Source of the DNA: Eukaryota sp. GEM-RC1
Taxonomy: Eukaryota
Length of the DNA: 64,000 nt
Assembly: GCA_040285855.1 (NCBI GenBank)
Contig: JAUFOQ010000002.1
Location: forward strand, 744,001 to 808,000
Reading direction: 5' to 3'
Below the pieces are notes generated by a model. It was given only the letters and a program-made list of their open reading frames with translations, did no database searches and was not told the origin of the DNA. Positions within the stretch are counted from its first letter, which is position 1, and each line of letters opens with the position of its first letter. The position numbers and the translations under genes are program-made. Positions 1 to 11,682 of this stretch are shown one piece after another.

Positions 1-8
1 CCATCATC

Positions 9-221
9 ATCGCTATTGATTTATGATGGATTGGATTGATGCGTTGAAATGGGACTTGTTACCTCAAATACTCAGCATCAAATGGCCTCAAGAAGGTCCA
101 TTAGAGTTCAAAAATGTCTGTCTAAAAAGAGAGAGTTTCAAGTTATGATGCTCTGTATAACTAAACCTCAAGTGTCTGAAGAGCTTTAGAAAGTGTCTAC
201 AAGACGTCATCAAGACGTGAT
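9..221. repeat. Direct repeat copy 1 (~200 bp; copy 2 at 1295-1489)
   Basis: ATCGCTATTGATTTATGATGGATTGGATTGATGCGTTGAAATG...AAATGGCCTCAAGAAGGTCCATTAGAGTTC...CTCAAGTGTCTGAAGAGCTTTAGA...CAAGACGTCATCAAGA recurs nearly identically at 1295-1489. It may extend off the left edge of the window. Confidence 0.9.
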
Positions 222-373
222 GAACTTGTTGAACGATAGAGTTGAAAGACAAGGATCACGACCTACTTATTTGTGAGTTGGTCACGATGTAAGTGGATGG
301 AAAGAGGTGTAATCGATGTCAATACGAGAGGAAAATCGGGATGAAAGATCCTGGTCGACTTTCGAACGTCATA

Positions 374-828
374 ATGGATCCATTCTCTGCCATGATGAAA
401 GGTGCAAAGCGTACGCTTTATGCTACCATTGTGTTCAACGTGTTGTCAGTGCTCTTGCATGGAGGCTTCATCGTCGTCGGTTTGATCTACCTCATTCAAG
501 ATGCGGAATGCGATCGCCCTATTGCCCTCTGGTCTTTGGTTTAACAGCCATTGTTTCTCAAGTCTTCGCCTCCCTCATCCCTCTCATCCGGGGTATGACC
601 TCTGACAAGGACAGGGATAAAACAGTCAAGATGATTGGTGGAATTGTTGGTCTTATTGCTTTCGTTTCGTTCATCATCCTCAATGTTCAGACATTTGGTT
701 CTGAGGTTTGTGAAGCCTTCCTCCGCAATTTCTGTTTCTGGGGCATCATCGCTGTCTATGTCCTTATTCCCGTGGCCATTATTACCATTTGCTGTCTGGC
801 GTGCACAACCTTCCGTGGCATGTCATAG
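374..828 (+). CDS. Small 4-TM membrane protein with Cys-rich tail (one -1 shift near 530)
   Basis: ORFs 293-544 and 316-828 join by one extra G (...ECDRPIALW/VFGLTAIV...) into four hydrophobic segments ending ITICCLACTT. Start is ATG 374 or 341. Confidence 0.65.
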
Positions 829-1294
829 CTGATTAATGTGTTACTGTTTTACGATTTTGTACTGCTTAATTAATTTGTAAATAAACGGATCATTTTAAAC
901 TACTTCTGATGCGGAAGAATTCTATACCAGTACTCAACTTGTTGTGGTTTCAGCAACATATCTTTGAATACCAGGAAACTGTTCCCAAAGTAGTGTTCCT
1001 AGAGTTGAACATCATTAAGAGACGCCATGATTATGTTCGATGATGTCGATACCGTGATACTTTTATCATTAATTGAAGAGATGTTACTGTTTTCATCCGC
1101 GTGGAACAGTACATTTATTGTTGTTCCAGCTGCAAGTATTGATGCTTTTGAAGTTTTTCTTGATTATATCGAGACTGCCTTCGCACTTCTACACGAGCAG
1201 TGGTAGCCTTTCAGAGATCTGGAACAGATACACGTTCTATTGATAAAGGAATATTTAACAAAAGAAAACCATTGCTGTTGGATTCACATTCATA

Positions 1295-1489
1295 ATCGCT
1301 ATTGATTTATGATGGATTGGATTGATGCGTTGAAATGACCCAGCATAAAATGGCCTCAAGAAGGTCCATTAGAGTTCGAAAATGTCTGTTTAAAAAGAGA
1401 GAGTTTCAAGTTATGATGCTCTGTATAACCAAAGCTCAAGTGTCTGAAGAGCTTTAGAGAATATCGTCAAGACGTCATCAAGAGGTGAT
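1295..1489. repeat. Direct repeat copy 2
   Basis: Matches 9-221 with a short internal deletion and a few substitutions; ends 38 bp before the ATG of the STRIP gene. Confidence 0.9.
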
Positions 1490-1527
1490 TGTAAAAGATC
1501 CTCTTTTTGTTCTTCAGTTCCACTTCA

Positions 1528-3873
1528 ATGGACAAACAGGATGTTCCCTTTTCTTTAGTATATTCTCCTGTACTTGAAATCAATAGTTTCTTCTCCCATT
1601 CTGAGACATCTCTTTTTGAAGAATACGATAGTGCGTTTGCTTACAATGTTGGTCGTTTTGAAGATTGGGCTGCAACTACTGCAGAGAAACGCAAAACAGC
1701 TCTTTCTGTTCTGTTAGACCGCCTTGATTCAACTAAATCCTGTTCTCAATCAACATACTCATTGCTCTTCTGTCTTCTAGGCTGTCCCTACTATGCCACT
1801 TCTGGTTCCACCCAGGTCTCTCTCTCACGACAAGCTGCAGTTACTCTTCTAGAACTCGGAGCCATCCCCGTAATCCTCTTCCACGTATCTAGAGTCGCTT
1901 CTCTAGTTGCCGATGACACCCCCTCATCAACCTCTCACCAAACCAATGTCTCTCTTCTCTCTTCCCTTCTTTCCCTCTACTACATTATTCTAGTTCATTG
2001 TAAGGAGCACCTGCTACTTCGAGATGTTCTTGTCTCTGCTGATGAGCATACTCCCTTTGAAGACAGTCCTCGTAATGCTGCAGTGGGAGGTAGAGGAGGA
2101 GGAGCAGCTTTGTTGTTCTTTCGTTTGTTGTCTGATGGCGTGGAGTCTCACTTTTGTTGTACGAAAAAGATTCTTCTCTCATTGTCATTGACTTTAACTA
2201 TTCAATTAGGTGATATTCCTGCTCCTTGTACTGGGAATTGTGTAGTTTTCTCGAGATTATCTGAATTATCTGAAATATTTAAAGATCACGTTGATTGGAA
2301 ATATCCCGAACCCATTTATGAATCTCATCCGGAGTTCATTAAAGAAGCTCTCTCAATCATCAACGAACGAGTAGAGGTCACTCAAGCCCTAGAGGAACCG
2401 GAAGGAGTCACAATCATGGAAGAATCAGACAATCAATTTGAAATTCTCTTTCGCCAACTATACTTTGACCTTCAACGCATCGTGATCATCCTACTTCGAA
2501 TGCTTCTACACGCAGGCCCAGCCAGTTCCAGCGATGCAACTTACTCTGGTACTATTCTAGATGTAACCCATGACTTCTCAGTTCTGCCTTCATCTTTAAT
2601 CAAATTACGTCATCCCAATGAGTCTTGCGAGTGTCCTACGTGTTCTATGGCTGATCACGAGTCTAATAGACACTGTGAGATTGTTATTAGGTCTACAGTG
2701 ACTGTGTTGGCGCTTTTGTTTTATCATTCGTTTCAAAATAATAAGCATCAGTTTCTGTATTTGCGAAAGTTGATGATTAAGTCGAGCTCAAACTTACTAA
2801 TTTTGAAAATCTTGAATCAAGACATTGGATCTGTTTTCACCTGTCTCTCAACATCAGATGACGTGATCAGATTGCTAGAATATCCTATAATCGCTCCCCT
2901 CCTTCTCTCAAACAAGGAAGTTTTAAACAGTGCAAAGTCATCTATTCCTCCTAGAACTCCTTTAAGGTCACGTATCCTCGATGGTAACAATGATAAGGAA
3001 GAAGAAGGGGATGAGAATGATGAAAAGACGAATGATGAAGTTGTTGATAAGTGTGAAGCTGTTCCGTTGACTTCAGACGACTCTTCGTCACCGAAGCGAA
3101 GAGTGCAGCTCAAAAGTCAAGATGATGACGACATGTATTCTACTCCTAAAAGAAATCGACCACTCGGTCATAAAGGAGTTTTAACCCCTTTATCAAGGTC
3201 AATCACCCGTCAGCAATCACTACTACTTTCCCGAACTGAGTCTGGATTGGCTTTGAATCTATCAGATATTGAAGAAGAAGACGACCAAATTGCACCTAAA
3301 GTAATGAGGTCATTTGTTTCAATAACTCTCCTATGTTTTCTTCTTGAAGGGTTAGTTCAAAATGAAAGTAATGGATTGATCTACCTACAGCAAACTAAAG
3401 CTCATATCATATTCAGGCATATTCTACAATGCGAGTTTATTGATATCAAAATGATATTATTACGAATGTTTAAAAGATTATCCAAATTCCTTGGAAAGCG
3501 ATGGTCAAACCGAAATAGCGCTATTATTACGGACATTTACATGCTTTTACCCTTCACTGAGTCAGACTTAGATGCTTATTTCTTTGACGAATGGCTAATG
3601 TACCCGTCATCAATCGATCCTTCCTCCATTCCTTCACTTCCTTTCTCTTCTTCTTATATGGACGATCACGCTTTACCAGGGACTATGACCTTGAGTAGTT
3701 TGTCTGATGGTGTAGCTCATATTAAGAAGGCTTATGAGAATTGGTGGACCGTGTTTGGGATTGAGAAACCGTCAGAGTATTTGTATAGAAATGATTTGTT
3801 GGCAAAGTTCTTTAATCAAGACTTTTTTAAACTAACCGATGATGGAGTTACTACAGATGAATCTGATTCTTGA
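1528..3873 (+). CDS. STRIP1: Far11/STRIP1 (FAM40)-like STRIPAK subunit
   Basis: Uninterrupted ~780-aa ORF with the family motifs RHCEIVIRSTVTVLALL, HQFLYL, LILKILNQDI and KFLGKRWSNRNSAIITDIY. Confidence 0.8.
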   Translation: MDKQDVPFSLVYSPVLEINSFFSHSETSLFEEYDSAFAYNVGRFEDWAATTAEKRKTALSVLLDRLDSTKSCSQSTYSLLFCLLGCPYYATSGSTQVSLSRQAAVTLLELGAIPVILFHVSRVASLVADDTPSSTSHQTNVSLLSSLLSLYYIILVHCKEHLLLRDVLVSADEHTPFEDSPRNAAVGGRGGGAALLFFRLLSDGVESHFCCTKKILLSLSLTLTIQLGDIPAPCTGNCVVFSRLSELSEIFKDHVDWKYPEPIYESHPEFIKEALSIINERVEVTQALEEPEGVTIMEESDNQFEILFRQLYFDLQRIVIILLRMLLHAGPASSSDATYSGTILDVTHDFSVLPSSLIKLRHPNESCECPTCSMADHESNRHCEIVIRSTVTVLALLFYHSFQNNKHQFLYLRKLMIKSSSNLLILKILNQDIGSVFTCLSTSDDVIRLLEYPIIAPLLLSNKEVLNSAKSSIPPRTPLRSRILDGNNDKEEEGDENDEKTNDEVVDKCEAVPLTSDDSSSPKRRVQLKSQDDDDMYSTPKRNRPLGHKGVLTPLSRSITRQQSLLLSRTESGLALNLSDIEEEDDQIAPKVMRSFVSITLLCFLLEGLVQNESNGLIYLQQTKAHIIFRHILQCEFIDIKMILLRMFKRLSKFLGKRWSNRNSAIITDIYMLLPFTESDLDAYFFDEWLMYPSSIDPSSIPSLPFSSSYMDDHALPGTMTLSSLSDGVAHIKKAYENWWTVFGIEKPSEYLYRNDLLAKFFNQDFFKLTDDGVTTDESDS

Positions 3874-5244
3874 TTGATTGTTGTTAGTTTTTTGATTTTT
3901 GTACTTTTAGTTTATTTATTGTTTCCAGACATTTTCTTTAATTGTCATTTTTGTTCACTTTTATTTTGTTCTTACTATTTGACACGTGTCGCTCTGAAAA
4001 ATGGTTAAAAATGCTTATGTTTAGTGTATAAACTTGTTGTTTAAACATATCAATTGGATTCTTGTACCGATTTTTGCTACAATGTGAATGTGTTCTGCTT
4101 AATTTAATGTAATTTTGTAGTATATTCTAGACATGAAAAGAAACACGTTGGTTAATATAACCTTTCAATCCTACTGTTGAATATGAGATAGCATCGTCGC
4201 TATCAAACAGTTAAATATAGCCTCGTGTAACTGCCCTCTTGATAACCTACAACAATGAGTATTTATATATATCATTTGTTGAGCACAATTTTCTGAAATA
4301 TCAGCAACATTTTCGGATTTCTAAACGACTGCTAGAAGAATTTATAAATGATGAGAATGATGACTGTTACTAATGGTTGCAATCTAAAATCTAATTTTAG
4401 ATCGTTTTCACCTGTTTAAAGATAGAGTTTATTAAAACATCAAATGACATCGCTGCATATCAATCAGCTTGATCAAATAGAAACAATGTATAAATGCAAA
4501 ACAAACAGTACAACCACCAACTGTATAAGATTGAGTTGCTCGGTGCATTTTAAAGAAAATACATATAGTGCGCGATAACAATAAATGTTACTAGTATTTT
4601 GTTATTTTGTCGTTGTGTGTTTTTCTTCGCACATAAATCCGTTTTTTGTAGATGTATCCATTGTTCAACCTTACTGTGACAATTCTCTCAACAATATAAG
4701 ATATATTACAATAAGATAAGTTCAGTCAAGGACTCTCCATTTTCTTCCTGTAACCGGATTCTTATCATCAAGTCATTTTAGAATCGAGAAGCTTATCTGA
4801 CTCAAGCAGAGTAGAAGCGTCTATTGTATGGCTTCACTAACGTCATACCTAGATTAAAAGAGAACTACTGTCCTGTTCAGACTAATCAATTACTGTTTTT
4901 GTTGATTTATTGATAAATTTGTATTCTTGACTAAACAAATATACTAAACAGAACCACGGTTCAGAACCGGTTCAGTTCAGTTCATACTAGTAGTGAACTT
5001 AGCTGAACCATTTAACATCCCTAATATAGATGTAGAGCGAAATTCGAAAAGTGTACTGGAAAGCGCTCGTGTGAACTACAAGGGAACAAAAGTGATGTAA
5101 TGATTACGAATTAATCAGGAGGACCGTGTCCTTGGATCAATTATCAATTGGACTACAACAGATTGATTGTGTCAAAAATCGAGAATTGATTATCACAGAA
5201 TGAGCATGAGAGTCTAGGTGAAGATTCATTTTCTTAACCAACAA

Positions 5245-5946
5245 ATGACCAGTGATAAACAGGTTTGCTGTGCCGTTTCTGGCGAACTTTTATCGTCTAT
5301 TGAAGCACCCTTCTTCGCCCACAGAAAGGACATGAAAAATCCTGAAGACTACCGCATCTTATTGACAAGGGATGAGCTTGCGTTTGGTACCAGAGCACTT
5401 GCTGCACAGCTCAACCAGGATTACGAGGGCCAAGAGGTTGTTATTCTCCCTGTCCTCAACGGAGCTCCTTGGTTTGCTGTGGACCTCAGCCGGGAACTCA
5501 ACTTCCCTGTTACATTTCACTTCATTTCCGCCTCCTCCTATGGTGTCAACCGCCATTCCTGTGGTGAAGTCACAACTGATCTCTCCAATTTAGTTAACAA
5601 AGATTTCCGCAACAAGAAGATTCTCATTGTAGATGAACTGTTCGATTCCGGCAAAACTATCTCTGTGTTGAAACAGAACCTTATCTCTCAATTTGAAATC
5701 CCTGCCGAACATGTTAAATCTGTCACCCTAATGTCCACAAGTAAACCCACTTCCCAGGACCCCGCTGACTACTGCTTCTTTGTCAAGTTCACTAATATGT
5801 GGCTTTTGGGTTATGGCTTGGACGATAAAGGTCTGTACCGTAATTTCCCACACGTTTTAGTCTATTATCCACCGGATAAGGAACGCGCAGAATTGGACCA
5901 ACGTTTCCTCAACTCTCGTCGACGTATTTTAGATTGTTTTCATTAA
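5245..5946 (+). CDS. HPRT: Purine (hypoxanthine/guanine) phosphoribosyltransferase
   Basis: Motifs PVLNGA, ISASSYG, the PRPP-binding ILIVDELFDSGKT and WLLGYGLDDKGLYRN. First ATG is at 5245. Confidence 0.9.
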   Translation: MTSDKQVCCAVSGELLSSIEAPFFAHRKDMKNPEDYRILLTRDELAFGTRALAAQLNQDYEGQEVVILPVLNGAPWFAVDLSRELNFPVTFHFISASSYGVNRHSCGEVTTDLSNLVNKDFRNKKILIVDELFDSGKTISVLKQNLISQFEIPAEHVKSVTLMSTSKPTSQDPADYCFFVKFTNMWLLGYGLDDKGLYRNFPHVLVYYPPDKERAELDQRFLNSRRRILDCFH

Positions 5947-6091
5947 ATTTTGTTCTTGTAGTGACTTAATGTTTCGATAAGTTTTGTCCTATGCATAGTG
6001 GTTATAGCTCTTACTTCAGTGGTATTTATTTTATCCATACAAAAAAGTTTATTTTCCTTTACCACTAGCAGATACTTTTTGCTTTTTCCAA

Positions 6092-7312
6092 ATGCCTTCT
6101 TCTAAATCAAAGTCTAGTAATGAAGACTCTTCTAAATCTAAGGATAGCAAATCCAAAAGTCGTCGCTCTAAAGACCGCTCTTCAAAATCTTCCTCAGAAC
6201 GATCTTCTGACAAAAAAGACAGAAAAGAGTCGAAATCTCGAAGCTCTAGATCATCATCCGCTCCTAAAGAGGAACCTTCATCTTCAAAATCTATTGAACT
6301 TCCTTGCCAAAACTGCTCAAAGGCCGATTCTGCCATGTTTTGTCTAGAATGTAACCAGAACTTATGCACTCAATGCAACGACATCCTACACGCTTCCTCT
6401 CTATCTTTCCACACTCGCCAACCCCTTAATCCCAATGCTACTCAATCATCTCGCTGCACACTACATCCTTCAAGTGTCCTCTCCCACTTCTGCACTGGAT
6501 GTGATCGCTGTGTCTGCCAGGAATGCATCCAATCAATCTGCTCCTCACAACCTCTTCATTCTGCAGAACCATTGTCTAAAGCTTATACAAGTCGTTTGTT
6601 GAAGTTGAAAGCAGATAACGATACTCGCATCAGAACAAAAAGGAAGGAGATAGTTAGGGAGTATGACGGGATCTCTGAAGTGGAGCAAAAGGTTAGGGAG
6701 AGGGGGCACGAAATTGAGCGGTCTATTAAGGAGTTCGTGCAATCAATCACGTCTCGGTTGCAATCACATGTCGATGCCGTGTTGGCAGTTCCACGTCAGC
6801 AAAAGAAGGAGTTGTTGAAGGTTTTAAATATTTTGGATCGTTTAGATAATTTCAGTAATTTGGATGAATCCAAAATGGTCAATTTTCTGAATCATTTTTC
6901 AGATTTCTCATCTGAATTAGATTTTTCTATTGGATTCAGCTCAAAATTTTCTGATTTTGACCTCAATTCCACTCTGGACTCTATTCCCAATGAACTTAGT
7001 TCTTTACAAAGTCAACCTAATTTAATGATTGAAAATCGAGTTTATTCTGATATGTGTGATCATTTACTTTCCACTGTCGAGGTTAAAGATCAAGATCATG
7101 ATATGGATTTTGCTTCAATTAATTCTGAACTGAAAAATTGGATTGATCTTACCGACCAGTACGCTAAAGAAATTTCAAAACTAATGTTAAAGTGTAAACA
7201 TTGTGGGACTGTGATGTCTCCAAATGATGCCAATGCAGTTTGTCCCTTTAATACTGACAGGAAAGATCCTTTAAGAAGACATTATTGGATCAAATTGAAG
7301 GAGAACCAATAG
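6092..7312 (+). CDS. B-box zinc-finger / coiled-coil protein with S/K/R-rich N-terminus
   Basis: Two B-box-like motifs (CQNC...CLECNQNLCTQC...H...H and CTLH...CTGCDRCVCQEC...H), a coiled coil and a C-terminal CKHC...C...H. Confidence 0.8.
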   Translation: MPSSKSKSSNEDSSKSKDSKSKSRRSKDRSSKSSSERSSDKKDRKESKSRSSRSSSAPKEEPSSSKSIELPCQNCSKADSAMFCLECNQNLCTQCNDILHASSLSFHTRQPLNPNATQSSRCTLHPSSVLSHFCTGCDRCVCQECIQSICSSQPLHSAEPLSKAYTSRLLKLKADNDTRIRTKRKEIVREYDGISEVEQKVRERGHEIERSIKEFVQSITSRLQSHVDAVLAVPRQQKKELLKVLNILDRLDNFSNLDESKMVNFLNHFSDFSSELDFSIGFSSKFSDFDLNSTLDSIPNELSSLQSQPNLMIENRVYSDMCDHLLSTVEVKDQDHDMDFASINSELKNWIDLTDQYAKEISKLMLKCKHCGTVMSPNDANAVCPFNTDRKDPLRRHYWIKLKENQ

Positions 7313-9847
7313 GTATCCTCTTTTTTTCTTTTGTATCATATTACTTATCTTTATTTCTTGTCCTTCTTTAGAGGTACTTCGAAGTGAACAGCACGAATTC
7401 TTTTTTCTTTTTGGTTTGATATTTAAACATTGTTTGTTAGTTATGGAATTAAGAAGTTGAACTCTTTTGATGAATGATAAATTCAAGACATTGATCATCT
7501 TTGGAGGAGCAGCAGACCATCTGTAAGGTTTACTATTGGGAAGTGATTGGATTGTTGCCTCTTTTTGTAGCTGATTTTTAAAGGAACTAATGATTTTCAT
7601 GATGTCTTCATCCTTGTTTCTTTTCAGAAAATTTAATAATGTTGGGTTCACTGTAACTGAAGTTTCTTCCATGTCACTTTGAATTGGACTTTTGGTGACT
7701 TCTTCAAGTACAGTGAATGAGCAGTCTGTGACGGTAGTTGTTGATTCTTCGTCTTCCGAACCACTGCTAGTTTCTTCAATGGAGAATGACACGTCATTTT
7801 GTTCATTGATTTCTGAGTTGCTAATGTCCTCCATCAATACATCTTTGTTTTCAATTTCCTCTAGTTCACCGTAATCCATTCCATTGAAACTCCAGTCATG
7901 TTCGTCTTCTACTTCAGTTTCAACGTCGTCATGATCTTCATTATGTAGTGGAGAATCACTATTTTCAATATGAACAGACATAGGTTCAGATTCATCAATT
8001 GATATTCCTACCGTTTGTTTCTGAGGGTTGTTGTTGATAGTTTCAGGATTCGTTTCAGAACTGTCTGCTATTGTTACCTGACTATCTTCATTGCTTGCAT
8101 CATCATCATCATCATATGATTGTGTAAGAATATCGTTTTCATTGACGAGTTGATCGTCATAATCTGTTGGCACATTTACTCTGACTTGAAGTTCTACTGA
8201 CTCCGTTAATTGTTCGATCAGTTCTTTAACCAGTATTTGAATTGTCTCAATTGAATGTGGCTCACTCGTTTCTTGGTTATTATTGTTGTTCTTTTGGGAA
8301 ATTTTTGATTCTTCTTCCATGTTTTGAGTTAAATTAGTATCGATAAACTGCTTTTTCTTTTTCTTTTGCATCATTTGTAATTATTCCTGGACTACTATCA
8401 TGTCCTTCTAACTTTTCGAAAAGTTTTTCTGAAACACCACTCTGTAGCTGGTCAATGCAGGTCAAACAATCAGTTTGATCAGGTGACGATTGAGAGTCTT
8501 GTACAGATTCATTAATGACAACCATTTCTGATTGAATCCCATCAAGTTGATCGTATAGAGACATGTTGTTTGTTTCTGATTTTGAAAGTTCTTCTCGTTC
8601 AATCGATTCCTTTTCTACCAGCTGAGATATAGCATCATCACAATGTATTATGGAGGATTGTGATTGAGAATTGACAGCATCAAAGTCTACTAGCATCATG
8701 GAAGTGGTGGAATCGATGATACTGACACTTTGATCAGTTTCAATGACGTCATTATTACACTGACCTTCATCAATTGGTTGATCGGTGACCATGTCAATTG
8801 GCACATCATTCTTATGTTGTAAACAATCAATTTTGATCGGTGAAGAAGGAATCAAAGAATTGAAATAGTCTATTGATTGATCAAATTGGCTAGCACGTGA
8901 GCTGTCATGTTCTTCATTGCTCAATGTTGATTGCACTCCATCCTCCGTCTGTCCATCATTACATATCGAATCACTTTCGGTAGTAACAATCTTAATTTCA
9001 ATCATAGGTGATGGTCCATTCTCCATTGCAGGAAACAAAAATTGATCTACTTGATCATTGAATCCTTCAGATTCACTGTCCAAAGTACAATAGTGCCATA
9101 TACTTTGACTTTGGGGATAACGGATGATTGACCGTGAGTTATCACCTTTTGCATATTGATCAAGGGAGATTCTAGAAGTAGATGTGGAATCGATTCTGAA
9201 TTCAGTTTCATTATCAGTACTAGAAGTACTGTTAGCATAATCGGAATCGTTGAGAGAGTCTGGGTGATGGAAAGGCTCAATGGGTCTGTGGCGTAATTGA
9301 TTTGTCTTATGTACTGAATGGCGAAGACCATGTCTAAAGGAAGCAAGGATGGATTTGACAGCATCTGTCCCAAATGGAGTTTGTTGGAGTTCAAGTCTTG
9401 GTCTTTTTTAGAGGAGGAAGGCATTGTGTTGGTCTCTTAATGATTTGGTTAGCAATCCCAGAATGTAAACGAGCAGGTTCTTCTGACATTGCACAGAACG
9501 CAGGTAAAGTTTTCATTTTGGGTGAATATCCCTAGCCCCATTTTACCAATTCTCCCACACACCCAATTCCCACAAACTCTTTTTACTTATGGGATATTCT
9601 TTTGGAATGTTTTGGGACTCAAGACTCGACTTAACGAGCATGTCTATCCACGCTTTGGAAGACACCAAAGTGAGGGCTGTTTGGTCCTTTCTCTGGATGG
9701 GGACGATCCATCTTCTGATGAGTCATCAGAGACTCTGATGATGCTTCTGTGAGGATCCTCTTGCGTGAATTTTATTCCCCTTCCCTTTCCTCTCCCCAAC
9801 AATTCCCCCATCTCCTCTTCTGTCGTCTGTTGTGTCCTTTTATACAT
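7271..9847 (-). CDS. Large acidic, low-complexity hypothetical protein (several frameshifts)
   Basis: Overlapping minus-strand ORFs 9047-9424, 8334-9083 and 7271-8374, the last two D/E/S-rich, with a probable further piece from ATG 9847. Both boundaries are uncertain. Confidence 0.5.
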
Positions 9848-10626
9848 GCCATTATCCTTCCTAAGGTTATCTGAAGTACAATCTAGTGCAGAACTTCACT
9901 TCCTTCGTATTCAATCCTAGCTTCTTTCTTCCATTAAAGTAAGTTGAAGTTGTATTTCCCATATATGATTTTAAATATCTGAGATAAATATTGTTTATTC
10001 TTAATTAGAACCAACCAATGTGTGCTGCAAATAGGGATCATTACCTACCGATATATTTGTCTCGCAAAGGCAGTTGCTTCTGCAATTTCCAATTGTTTAG
10101 TCATATAACCATTGGGTTTTTAAGACTGTATATCATTGGTCTATCGCACAGTAGCAATAATCAGTCATATAGAATGCTTAAAGAGAGGACTGGATGTTGT
10201 CACACTTGTTTTCAAGGTGTTTGAGAGAAGTCAAAATGAAGTAAAAGTAGGAACAAAGGAAGATCTGATGATGGGGACTGAGTGTTTCTAAAAGAAAGAC
10301 GAGTCTTGACTTTCTGGCAAAAGACTTCTGATCATTGTGGCCTGAGTAGAGACCGGAAAAGGCGCATCTTAAAAGATAGAATCGTGAATGAAACTAACAT
10401 GAAGATATTCTGAGAGAGTGAGGTATAATGACTAAAATTGTTGAGAGGAGGTAGGATAGTTGTACACCGTATCTAGAGAAGGAGACAAAGTTTTGCCATA
10501 AATTAACCGAGTTGTAAAGTGGAAAGTAAACTGTTGACAAACTAACAATCAAGTAGGAAACTGAATCCTGCCGAGAGGAAAGTGACGAGAACGAATCACA
10601 ATGTCGACAATTGTTATTTCCTTCCC

Positions 10627-11682
10627 ATGTCTCCTGTCAGTCTTCCCGAAGTAGTTCACGGCCCGGAGTATACACTTTATCCTTGTGGTTCATCCTCTCA
10701 CAACCATGGTGACACTATATTTCCCCCGCCTCTTAAGAAGTCTCACATGTCTTCTGTAGATGACATCCCACTGTATTGCCTTATTGATTTTAAAACGGTC
10801 ATTACCGATAGTGAACGACTTACCCCACTCCTTTTCAATGTTAAGAAGAAATCTCTTCCGAAATGCACTACTACAGAATCTTCAACAGAAATTGTTTCTG
10901 AAGAACAAGAGGCTGCTGAAGTTCCAACAATCAGTGAAGAAATTGAAGTGTCCAGGCCAGAGCTGGTACCAAATGCGGAGGATGATCAAATCATCCTTAT
11001 TGTCCTCACATTTATTTACACCAATTTCGTTTCTACTGTTGTCACCAGTAGCAAAAAAACAAGTGATTTTGATGGTGTTCAAACAATTACTTTTCCATCA
11101 GAAGAAGTCATGATTAATGGTCTTATATCTTTACTGTCCGAGAAAAAGCCTAGATTGCTTATAAGTTATAATTCTGAAAAATTATTGTTCCCGTTTTTAA
11201 TTGCACGATGTAAACTTTTGAACATATGTAAACTTTTGAACATCCCCACCACTTTTAATGTGGATGAGCCATTCAGGCCTTTTATTCCCATCTGGTTCTA
11301 TAGATGGTGTAAGCAAAGCGAATTTGGACCATTTATTTCCCTTGACATGGCAAATGTTGTAAAGTCAACCTATGTTTTCAAAGGTGGTAGAGGTTTAAAA
11401 AATGTTTGCTCCAAATTGTTTCAAAAGGCAATACCTAATTTAATTTTATCACCAACTGAATTCAAAACTTACTTCAACCAATTCAAAAAAATCCTAAAAA
11501 TATCAACGGTTAGCCCTGAACGGGAGAGGGAGTTTACTTTGCTTGCTCAAAATATTAAAACTTCCAAGTTATGGATGGATGACAGAAAACGCAACTCTCT
11601 GGTTGAAGATTTGCTGAACAAAATTAAGATGTTGTCCGAATTGAAGAATTATTTTTTGATGAAGAAATTCAGCTTGTTTTAG
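10627..11682 (+). CDS. Degenerate DnaQ/PolB-type 3'-5' exonuclease-like domain; probable N-terminus of the Fanzor protein
   Basis: ExoI-like LIDFKT, SEEVMI...EKKPRLLISYNSEKLLFPFLIARC (ExoII-like) and ISLDMANVVK...GLKNVCSKLF. After a -1 shift at ~11626 comes ExoIII-like KDVVRIEELF, reading on into the Fanzor N-terminus. Confidence 0.6.
   Translation: MSPVSLPEVVHGPEYTLYPCGSSSHNHGDTIFPPPLKKSHMSSVDDIPLYCLIDFKTVITDSERLTPLLFNVKKKSLPKCTTTESSTEIVSEEQEAAEVPTISEEIEVSRPELVPNAEDDQIILIVLTFIYTNFVSTVVTSSKKTSDFDGVQTITFPSEEVMINGLISLLSEKKPRLLISYNSEKLLFPFLIARCKLLNICKLLNIPTTFNVDEPFRPFIPIWFYRWCKQSEFGPFISLDMANVVKSTYVFKGGRGLKNVCSKLFQKAIPNLILSPTEFKTYFNQFKKILKISTVSPEREREFTLLAQNIKTSKLWMDDRKRNSLVEDLLNKIKMLSELKNYFLMKKFSLF

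Noticed and set aside
4945..5022. GGTTCAG/CTGAAC repeats ending in CATCCCTA (hAT-like end)
   Set aside because: I could not find a matching left TIR or TSD; at most a solo remnant.
7271..7312. Overlap of convergent CDS 3' ends
   Set aside because: The minus-strand gene has several indels and a long T-run just before the overlap, so its true stop is uncertain.
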